A stretch of 57,205 nucleotides of DNA. Origin: a bacterium (lineage in GTDB: Bacteria; UBP15; UBA6099; JAJRTR01). How positions within the stretch are numbered: position 1 is the first letter of the stretch; each line of letters begins with the position of its first letter. This document shows positions 38,761-47,130 of the stretch, piece by piece. A program made the translations under genes and the position numbers. The notes under the pieces were generated by a model, which was not told where the DNA came from, ran no database searches, and saw only the letters and a program-made list of their open reading frames with translations. The stretch lies in NCBI GenBank assembly GCA_024278215.1, contig JAJRTR010000165.1, positions 1 to 57,205 of the forward strand. Reading direction: 5' to 3'.

Positions 38761-39627
38761 ATGAGCATCACCACTTCCATAATAACCGTAAATTACAATT
38801 CAGGTTACGCCCTCGCGAGAATGCTCGATTCCTTTATGGACGTGCGGCGCGCCGACCTCGAAATGATTGTGATCGACAACGCGTCCTCCGATGACAGCCT
38901 GGAGAGGATAGGCGATTATTCCAGTGAAATAAAGTTGATAAAAAACGCCGGCAATGTCGGCTTCGGCGCGGCGGTCAACCAGGGGTTCAGTGTGGGGCGC
39001 GGAAAGTTTTTCCTGCTTCTAAATCCCGACGCTGTACTCCGGGACGGTTCGATAACGGAGTTGGAGCGTTTTCTCGAAAAGCATGACGGCGCGGGCATAG
39101 CCGGTGGAAGAGTACTCGAGGACGACGGTACACTTCAGCTTGCCTGCAGGCGCGGTATACCGACGCCCTGGGTGGCTTTCTGCCGTCTCGCGCGGCTCGG
39201 CAGATTCTTTCCCGGCAGCCGCCTGTTCGCAAGATATAATATGACGTATCTCGACGAGCGCGAAGTCAATGAAGTCGATGCGGTTTCCGGTTCATTCATG
39301 ATGCTGAAGCGCGAGGTTGTCGAGGAACTGGGAGGTTTCGACGAGAGATTTTTCCTGTATGCCGAGGATATTGATATATGTTATCGGGCGAAGCAGGCCG
39401 GCTGGAAAGTTTATTACACGCCGGATGCCGTGATCGTACACAGCAAAGGTGTCAGCGCAAGCTCGAACCCGCGCCTCGCTACTTATGAGTTCTACAACAC
39501 AATGTGGACTTTCCACGAAAAACACTTTAAAAAGAAAACACCGTTCTTCATTAATATCCCCATATATATCACGATTAAGATAATGAAAAGAGTGATGCCG
39601 TGGCTTGCCGGGCGGCGCGCCCGGTAG
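38761..39627 (+). CDS. GT2 glycosyltransferase (WbbL-like)
   Basis: VNYNS, IDNASSDDS, NVGFGAAVNQG, LLNPD, GGFDERFFLYAEDID. Confidence 0.9.
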   Translation: MSITTSIITVNYNSGYALARMLDSFMDVRRADLEMIVIDNASSDDSLERIGDYSSEIKLIKNAGNVGFGAAVNQGFSVGRGKFFLLLNPDAVLRDGSITELERFLEKHDGAGIAGGRVLEDDGTLQLACRRGIPTPWVAFCRLARLGRFFPGSRLFARYNMTYLDEREVNEVDAVSGSFMMLKREVVEELGGFDERFFLYAEDIDICYRAKQAGWKVYYTPDAVIVHSKGVSASSNPRLATYEFYNTMWTFHEKHFKKKTPFFINIPIYITIKIMKRVMPWLAGRRAR

Positions 39628-39721
39628 CAGGGATAACATGCGGGACAACAAATGATTTCGGTTCATGGTTTACTTGTCGTGTTATAATATTGCGATAATA
39701 TACAGAGTCGATTGCTTATTC

Positions 39722-42700
39722 ATGAAAATATATATTTATAAAATCATACTTTGTTTTATTTTCGCTATTGTTCTGTGCGCGGCGTATCCCGTGTGCGCGT
39801 CGATTGGCGGCGGCGCGACAATCATCGGCATCACCGGCGAAGTCGAGTACAGTGTCGACGGCGGCGCTTCGTGGTCACCCGCCGCTTTGAAGCTGACGCT
39901 CACGCCCGGCGCGAGCGTCAGGACGGGCGCGGGCGCGGGCACCGCTCTCCTGCTGCCCGGCGGCACCACGATGAAGCTAAACGAAAACAGCAGCTTTACG
40001 TTGAGCGACGGGGATTCCGCCTCGGCGGGCACACTCGACGAAGGCGACCTGTGGGCACTCATGGAAACAGGCGGCGATGAGATTACCGTCAATACCCCGA
40101 GCGCTGTTGTGGCCGTCAGGGGAACAGAATTCGCGCTGTCTGTCGACAGGGACGAAACAAGTACGCTCACTGTCGTGGAAGGCAACACTACGTTCGCAAA
40201 TCAGTATGGCTCGGTGCGGGTGTTGTCCTCGCAGCAGAGCACGGCGTCGCCCGGCTCTGCACCCACTCCCCCAAAAGTTGTCGACCCGAAAAACTGGATA
40301 GAATGGACTCTCGACATCAGGGCGATGGGCAGTGCTGTGGAGTTCAGCTTCAACAAAGGTACGCGACGAGCACTTGAGACATTGCGCGACAAGCTTGAAG
40401 GCGATGTGGATGACGAAGACTATAAGGCGCGTCTCGAACTCGCCCGTGTTTATCACGATCTCGGCGACTACGAAAACGCGGAATATGAATTTAACGCGTG
40501 TCTCGACGATGACGATTCCCTGTGGGATGCAATATTCGGACTCGGCATGTCCAGGCTCGGCAAGGGCGATGTAGAGGGCGCGCTGGCCGAGTTCGGTGAT
40601 CTGCAATGGTCTGTCGGAGAATACCTGAAGAAGATGAAAAAGATTGCCGAAGAGAAACGGCGTGCTTATATCGAGGAACAGGAACGGATACAGAGCGAAC
40701 TGGTGATGTCGGGAAAAACGATTACTGGAGAGAAGGGCTTATCACGCAGGCGTCCGACTGTATATATTGAAGAAACAGATAAAAAGAAACTTCCGCCGAT
40801 AGTGGTTGATACGCTTGAGACGGAAGCGGCGCGCGCGATGGCGCACGAGGGTATGGGGTTCGCGCTGCTGAGGAAAAACGAATCAAAACGCGCCGCCGAT
40901 GAATTTGCAAAAGCGCTGAAAATCGAACCCGGCATGGCGCAGGCGCATGTGGGTGCTGCGGAGGCTTCTATCCGGCTCGGAAAAGTAAAGGATGCGCTCG
41001 GCAGTCTCGACAGAGCGTTGAAGATTGATGCGGATAATTACCAGGCACTTGTGCGGCTTGCAGCGGTGCAGCTTGCGTCGAACAAGCTTGACAGGGCCCT
41101 GGAATATTCGCGACAGGCTGTCGAGGCGGCACCGGATTCAGCGGTCGCGGAGGGTGTGCTTGCGCGGGTGCGATTCTACAGAATGGAGTATGAAGAGGCG
41201 CGAAAAGTGGCGGAAACCGCGATTGCGCTCGATCATTTCAGCCCGGCGGGCCACGAGGTGCTCGCCCGCATTCTCATTATGAAGAAGAAGTACAGACAGG
41301 CGGCAAACGAAGCGCTCACCAGCCTCGCGCTCGACGAAGATAACGCTTTCGCAAACGACGACCTGGCGATGATCTACTATCTGCACCGCAAATATGACGG
41401 CGCGATACGCCGCTGGCGCAGGGCGATCGAGGCTGACGCGAATTACTCGACTGCAAAGATACATCTCGCGCGCCTTTACAATGAGCTCGAAGAAACCGCG
41501 AAGGCCGTCGAAGCCGAAAAACTCGCCCGCGCGGTGCTGAAAAAAGAAAAACAAAACACAGACGCGATCAGCGAACTGGCCCGCTCGCTCGAGTTGCAGC
41601 GGAAATATGCCGAAGCGGAAAAATCTTTCCTGGATGCGCTCGCCGTCAGTCCGCGACACGCGAAAACACTTGCCCGGCTCGCTTCGTTCTATGTGGATCG
41701 GCACAGGATGGACCTCGCCCTCGAATTCGCGATCAAGGCCACGACCGCACAACCCGAAAACCCGGAAAATCATTTCATCCTGGGCCGTGCCTACGAAGCG
41801 GTGGACAATCTCGACGGCGCGGAGTCGGCATACCTCACCGCGCTGTCGCTCGATCCCGAATACGAACTGGCGCGATACCAGCTCGGCATCATCTACGCCG
41901 GACAAGGCAAGACCTACGACGCGCTCGACGAGATGCACTCGGCAGCGCTACTCGAACCGCGCGTCGTTACACTCGCTGAATACCGCGGCCCGTCCCGCGT
42001 CTACGCGACAAGCGGCAGCAACCACAAAAGATACATCGAGGGCGTGCACACAGGCGACGCGAAAGACTACAAATATAATTATCGGTTTGTTCTCACGGCC
42101 GGCGACACCGACGGCCACCGCGACGTCAACGGCTGGAGCAAAAACCGGGGCGGCAGCCTGCTTGTCGGCCTGCAGCAGGACCGCGACAGCACTTTCCTGC
42201 TTTATTACGACTACTCTATCGAAGAACAGGGCGAACCCGGCCCGGACGAGGGCAGCAGGGCGAACGACACGAACGACTTCTCGAATTTCCACGCATCGCG
42301 TGCCGACCTGTCTTACAGAAAAAGAATCTCCCCCGGTTTCTCGATGTCCTTTCGCGCAGGCAACGGGCGCAGCAACAGTTTCGACTTCGATTCAAATGAC
42401 GCAGTGTTTACACAGGACACTTACGAGGACGAATTCAAGAACAAAAATAATGAGTACGAGATACGCGCCGACCTGAAATACAGTGACAGGACCGAATTTG
42501 TTTTCGGCGGTTTCCAGAGCGATTCGCAGCCGGAATCAAACTCGGTGTACAGGTATTTCGATCTCTGGGAAGACGGCTTTGTAAGTAATCTTCCCACTTG
42601 CGCTACGGCAACATACAAACAGCGCAACGGCTACGTGCAGATGAAATACAGGAGCGGCCACAAAGTCGAATACATGGCGGGCGCGGAAAATGTGTTTCAC

Positions 42701-43420
42701 GATTACCTCGGGTCGGAAGCTATGCAGAAATACGGAATCGACTACCGCATAGACGACCGCTCACGGCTGCGCTACATAAACAAGGAAACGTATAAACTGT
42801 CATATACGCCGCGCTACCAGCCTCGCGACGGGTGGATGTATCTAGACGCGACGAGTTCCGCCGCGGCGGGCACGGAAACACGGCAGAAAGAGATATACTA
42901 CGAAACGCGGCTCCCGCGCGGCGACTTCCTCAAAGTGTCGGCATTCGACATAAAAAACTGGTGGCACTCGCATTCGGGCGGGATCGAGAAAGTTCTGAGC
43001 ATAGATACAACACGAGGATACAGGGCCGAGTACGAGCGTCTCCTGTCGCGCAAAGCAAACATATTCGCGGCTGTCGCCAATAAGCAAACACGCGAGGCCA
43101 CCCCCGGCTCGACTTATTACGGCAACCTGCTACCCTACGCGCGCCGAACCGGCTACACCGCCGGACTCTACTACTTCCCGTCGTCGTTCGTAACCGTGAA
43201 AATCATCTACGACAGGTACGGAAACGGATTCTCCGACGCGGCGAACGAGCGCGAACTCGACAGGATCGGCCTGACCCGCCTGCAAGTCCGCTACGACCCG
43301 CGCATCGACCTCTCATACATGCTGACAGTCCGCAACCTCTTTGACAAAGAATACGAATTCACTGAAAACTACCCCGAAGACGGTCGCACCTGGGACCTCA
43401 GCGTCATCCGCTGGTTCTGA
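39722..43420 (+). CDS. FecR-TPR-TonB-dependent-receptor-like outer-membrane protein
   Basis: Signal peptide, FecR motif (TPSAVVAVRGTEF), more than ten TPRs, barrel ending VRNLFDKEY...PEDGRTWDLSVIRWF. Confidence 0.8.
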   Translation: MKIYIYKIILCFIFAIVLCAAYPVCASIGGGATIIGITGEVEYSVDGGASWSPAALKLTLTPGASVRTGAGAGTALLLPGGTTMKLNENSSFTLSDGDSASAGTLDEGDLWALMETGGDEITVNTPSAVVAVRGTEFALSVDRDETSTLTVVEGNTTFANQYGSVRVLSSQQSTASPGSAPTPPKVVDPKNWIEWTLDIRAMGSAVEFSFNKGTRRALETLRDKLEGDVDDEDYKARLELARVYHDLGDYENAEYEFNACLDDDDSLWDAIFGLGMSRLGKGDVEGALAEFGDLQWSVGEYLKKMKKIAEEKRRAYIEEQERIQSELVMSGKTITGEKGLSRRRPTVYIEETDKKKLPPIVVDTLETEAARAMAHEGMGFALLRKNESKRAADEFAKALKIEPGMAQAHVGAAEASIRLGKVKDALGSLDRALKIDADNYQALVRLAAVQLASNKLDRALEYSRQAVEAAPDSAVAEGVLARVRFYRMEYEEARKVAETAIALDHFSPAGHEVLARILIMKKKYRQAANEALTSLALDEDNAFANDDLAMIYYLHRKYDGAIRRWRRAIEADANYSTAKIHLARLYNELEETAKAVEAEKLARAVLKKEKQNTDAISELARSLELQRKYAEAEKSFLDALAVSPRHAKTLARLASFYVDRHRMDLALEFAIKATTAQPENPENHFILGRAYEAVDNLDGAESAYLTALSLDPEYELARYQLGIIYAGQGKTYDALDEMHSAALLEPRVVTLAEYRGPSRVYATSGSNHKRYIEGVHTGDAKDYKYNYRFVLTAGDTDGHRDVNGWSKNRGGSLLVGLQQDRDSTFLLYYDYSIEEQGEPGPDEGSRANDTNDFSNFHASRADLSYRKRISPGFSMSFRAGNGRSNSFDFDSNDAVFTQDTYEDEFKNKNNEYEIRADLKYSDRTEFVFGGFQSDSQPESNSVYRYFDLWEDGFVSNLPTCATATYKQRNGYVQMKYRSGHKVEYMAGAENVFHDYLGSEAMQKYGIDYRIDDRSRLRYINKETYKLSYTPRYQPRDGWMYLDATSSAAAGTETRQKEIYYETRLPRGDFLKVSAFDIKNWWHSHSGGIEKVLSIDTTRGYRAEYERLLSRKANIFAAVANKQTREATPGSTYYGNLLPYARRTGYTAGLYYFPSSFVTVKIIYDRYGNGFSDAANERELDRIGLTRLQVRYDPRIDLSYMLTVRNLFDKEYEFTENYPEDGRTWDLSVIRWF

Positions 43421-43532
43421 ACGTCGATTCACACGCACATCGAATATTGAAGGTGCCCCCCTTTTCAGCTATAGTTTAATCTTGTGCCTGCCGGGCGGCG
43501 GGCGCAGTGCAAAGGGAAGGGAAACGGGAAAC

Positions 43533-44732
43533 ATGGCCGGCGGATGGAGCAAATATACCGATAAAGTTGATAAATATTGTCCGAAGAATTACGAACCTCT
43601 GCCCGTGGTTCTGGAGAAAGGCGAGGGTGTTTTTGTCTGGGACACGAACGGCGGAAAGTATATCGACATGCTGAGCGCATACTCGGCGCTGAGCCACGGA
43701 CACAGGCATCCCGACATTCTGAAAGCTATGTCGGACCAGTGCGAAAAGCTGACACTCACGTCGCGTGCTTTTCACAATAACATAATGGGCGATTTTCTCG
43801 AAAAGCTTTGCAATCTGACTGGATTCGAGAAAGCGATGCCCATGAACACAGGCGCAGAAGCTGTCGAGACGGCAATGAAAGCGATCAGGAAATGGGCTTA
43901 TGATGTAAAGGGTGTACCTGAAAACAAAGCGAGAATCATCGCGGCGGCGAATAACTTTCATGGCCGCACATCCGGCGCAATCAGCATGTCGAGCAAAGCC
44001 GCAAGCACGACTGGCTTCGGGCCGCTGCTGCCCTGTATAGATATTGTGCCGTTCGACGACGCCCGCGCACTCGAGGCGGCGATACGACCCGAAACGGCGG
44101 GGTTTATAGTCGAACCGATACAGGGCGAAGGCGGCGTGATCGTTCCTTCCGATGATTATTTTCCGGCGGTGCGGGAAATCTGCGACAGGAATAATGTGCT
44201 TCTCTGCATCGACGAAATACAGACTGGACTAGCGCGCACGGGCCGCATGTTCTGCTTCGAGCATTACGGCATCAGGCCGGACATGCTTACGCTGGGAAAG
44301 GCGCTCGGCGGCGGTGTCTACCCGGTCTCGGCGATGTGCGCCGATGACGAAGTGATGGATGTTTTTACAGCAGGTACACACGGCAGCACATTCGGGGGCA
44401 ATCCACTTGCGGCCGCTGTCGGCATAGCTTCGCTCGACGTGATCGAGCACGAGAACCTCGCGGGCAGAGCCGCCGAACTCGGCGACTATTTCATCGGCAG
44501 ACTCTCCGGTTTCGCCGACTCGTCCATAAAGGAGATCAGGGGTAAAGGTTTGCTTATCGGCATGGAATTCAAGGTGCCGAAAGCCCATGAATTCGCGCTG
44601 AAACTGCTGAAGCGCGGACTGCTCGCCAAAGACACAAACGCCGCAACGATAAGATTTGCGCCGCCACTGATAATAGATAAAAATACACTTGATGAAGCGA
44701 TAGCGATTATCGCGAATGTGCTGAAAAACTGA
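43533..44732 (+). CDS. rocD: Ornithine aminotransferase
   Basis: NYEPLPVV, YIDMLSAYSA, LTLTSRAFH, MNTGAEAVETA, EPIQGEGG, DEIQTGL.RTG, GKALGGG. Confidence 0.93.
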   Translation: MAGGWSKYTDKVDKYCPKNYEPLPVVLEKGEGVFVWDTNGGKYIDMLSAYSALSHGHRHPDILKAMSDQCEKLTLTSRAFHNNIMGDFLEKLCNLTGFEKAMPMNTGAEAVETAMKAIRKWAYDVKGVPENKARIIAAANNFHGRTSGAISMSSKAASTTGFGPLLPCIDIVPFDDARALEAAIRPETAGFIVEPIQGEGGVIVPSDDYFPAVREICDRNNVLLCIDEIQTGLARTGRMFCFEHYGIRPDMLTLGKALGGGVYPVSAMCADDEVMDVFTAGTHGSTFGGNPLAAAVGIASLDVIEHENLAGRAAELGDYFIGRLSGFADSSIKEIRGKGLLIGMEFKVPKAHEFALKLLKRGLLAKDTNAATIRFAPPLIIDKNTLDEAIAIIANVLKN

Positions 44733-44751
44733 GGCGCCACCTGCAAGCAGC

Positions 44752-45746
44752 TTATCCCGGAATCAGTCCCATCAGGCGCTTCGCCTCGAAAACCGTATCA
44801 GCCGCAATCTCTCTCGCCCGCTCGGCACCTTCCTTCAGAACTTTATCGACAACGTCCGGATTTTTCGCAAGTTCGTCGCGTTTCTCGCGGATCGGGTCGA
44901 GGACCTTCATAAGGTTCTCGAAAAGAATTTTCTTGCAGTCGATGCAGCCCATGGAAGCGGTGGTGCAGGCTTCTGTTATCTCGTCGAGTTGCGCCTGAGG
45001 CGAGACAAGTTTGTGGTAGGCGAAAATATTGCAGATGTCTGGATTTCCAGGGTCTTTGAGCCTCTGGCGGGCCTCGTCGGTTTTCGCGGGGCGGAGTTTT
45101 CCCCAGATCGAGTCCGGCGGCTCGGTGACACCGATGAAATTGCCGACTGACTTGCTCATCTTTTTTTCGCCGTCGAGTCCCATGACCCGCGCTCCGCGAC
45201 CGATGAGCGTTTTCGGCTCATTGAAAAGTCGCCGAATCGCGTGTTGAATCTGCGGGCGACCTCGCGTGTAAACTCGAGATGCTGCTCCTGGTCTTCACCA
45301 ACGGGAACGGCAGCGGCCCTGTAGATCAATATGTCGGCCGCCATGAGTATCGGGTAATTCAGGAGACCGGCGTTGATATTCTCCTGATGCTGCCGCGACT
45401 TGTCTTTGAACTGTGTCATCCTGCTCAATTCGCCCATCGGCGTGACGCAGTTCAGGAGCCAGCACAGTTCCGTGTGCTCGGGCACATGGCTCTGGATAAA
45501 AATGGTGCATCGCCCGGGGTCGAGCCCGGCGGCCATGTTGTCCATAACCGCCTCGCGAATCCGGGTCTGCATGATCGCGGGATCATATTCGATCGTAATA
45601 GCATGATAGTCGACGATCGTGAAGAAACAATCATATTCGTCGATCAGGCGCACCCAGTTTTCGATAGCGCCGAAATAATTGCCGATATGAATAGTGCCGC
45701 TGGGCTGGATGCCGCTTAATATTCTTGGTTTCCGGTTATCACTCAT
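44752..45746 (-). CDS. trpS: Tryptophanyl-tRNA synthetase, split by a 1-nt frameshift near 45224-45227
   Basis: SGIQPSG.IHIGNY, YPILMAADI and VPVGEDQ are in one frame; GLDGEKKMSKS...PGNPDIC is in another. Confidence 0.93.
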
Positions 45747-45809
45747 GAAAAAGTTCTTTCTGTGGGGGGAATACGACAATATTGAAATAATTATAAGAGC
45801 CGGTGCGGG

Positions 45810-46301
45810 TCAACTCTTCTCTTTCTTCAGAGTTTCCCTGATATCATCGATATCGATTTTGAGATTTTCTTTTTGCACTTCCACTATCTTTTTCTCGGCT
45901 ATCCTGCCGAGTATCGGAATCTTGATTTTGATCTCTCCGTCGAGTTCCCGCACGGTTTTACCGTCTTCTTCGTAGTATTTGAAGTGCCCGGTGATCTTTG
46001 TCAGATCGGAGAAATAGTGCGTTTTTACCCTGTATTTATATTCATACTTGTCGAAATCGAATTCGCCTTCTTCGGTCCATGTGAGCATCTTCGGCGAGAG
46101 GAGCTTCCGCAGCTTTGGCGGGATGTCGCCGTTGGCCAGTGTTTCCACCACAACACGCAGTTTGTTGCCTTTGCGCTCACTTTTAACGACCTTGGTCTTT
46201 GTTACATTCGTATAAACCCTTACATCCCTGCTCCTGTCCAGACATATTTCAACAACTTTGTCCAACGGGCCGTCAATAATATCCTTAGCGTGATATTTCA
46301 C
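45810..46301 (-). CDS. DUF2505/START-like protein
   Basis: IPPKLRKLL...TWTEE...GEIKIKIPILGRIAEKKIV. Confidence 0.65.
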   Translation of the reverse strand: MKYHAKDIIDGPLDKVVEICLDRSRDVRVYTNVTKTKVVKSERKGNKLRVVVETLANGDIPPKLRKLLSPKMLTWTEEGEFDFDKYEYKYRVKTHYFSDLTKITGHFKYYEEDGKTVRELDGEIKIKIPILGRIAEKKIVEVQKENLKIDIDDIRETLKKEKS

Positions 46302-46546
46302 CTTGTTTATTCCCCTTTCGGCTGACCATTCGAGCGACGTGCGCCCGTGTCCCCATAATCATGTCGAAATATTATACCATATATCATTACATCTGCAATA
46401 CACGACAACTGAAACGACCAGGCCGAAAACAGTTTTTAAGCTGGAAAGGTGAATTAACCGCATCACCGGTGAAAGAATAATATTATTACACGCAAAGCTG
46501 ATATATCAATCAAAATCCAGACGAAATGCAATAATAGCATACATTA

Positions 46547-46724
46547 GAGCCAAGTGAAAAATTCTGATTCTGCTGCGGTCGGCTGCTATTGTCCATAGCT
46601 GTGTTGTCGGCATAAAATCGTCCTCGACATACTCTACAAGTACGCCTGCGAGGATTTTACACCTCCGCCTTGCTATGAACAATTTCGCTCGACCTCGTTT
46701 CGAACATAATTTTGCAATTGGCTC
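46547..46724 (+). mobile_element. MITE family A, copy 7 (178 bp)
   Basis: Family A TIRs; direct repeat ATTA on both sides. Confidence 0.9.
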
Positions 46725-46861
46725 ATTAAAACACAGCAGAGCTTGATGGTTGGTATGGCTGGTTGCCTGGTTCCACGGAAACATCTCGATGTGTAGGATA
46801 GGCACTGAGTAAAAAAGAGCTTTTGCAAAAGGCATTTTGAATATTTATTTTCAAATTACCG

Positions 46862-46889
46862 TTGACAAACCGCGAAAAGCATGTAAAAT
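46862..46889 (+). promoter_or_regulatory. Sigma70-like promoter upstream of the flagellin gene
   Basis: TTGACA-16 nt-TAAAAT. Confidence 0.45.
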
Positions 46890-47130
46890 GAGATTTACAG
46901 GTAGAAGTTTGGTATTTATCATGATGCGGATTGAAACACCAAAGTCAGCTTAGCCGGCAGGCCAAGGAGATCAATCCGGGGTTTATCTCCATCAAGAATT
47001 CTCTCGAAAAAAACGATGATGGTTGTTGTGTGTTGATTGCTTTCCTCTAGGGTAATTGACATACATGAAACATTATTAAACGACGCACAATCATACATCA
47101 TCACACAAAGCCTACATAGCCGTAATAAAT

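Noticed and set aside
45215-45235. Programmed -1 ribosomal frameshift in trpS
   Set aside because: There is no X-XXY-YYZ heptamer and the T run is only 4 nt, so a sequencing error is the simpler explanation.
46326-47130. c-di-GMP or other riboswitch, or a sigma28 promoter, upstream of the flagellin gene
   Set aside because: Only fragments are present (ACGCAAAGC, a GGAGAT/ATCTCC hairpin). I could not build the full architecture or correct promoter spacing, and an Rfam scan would be needed.
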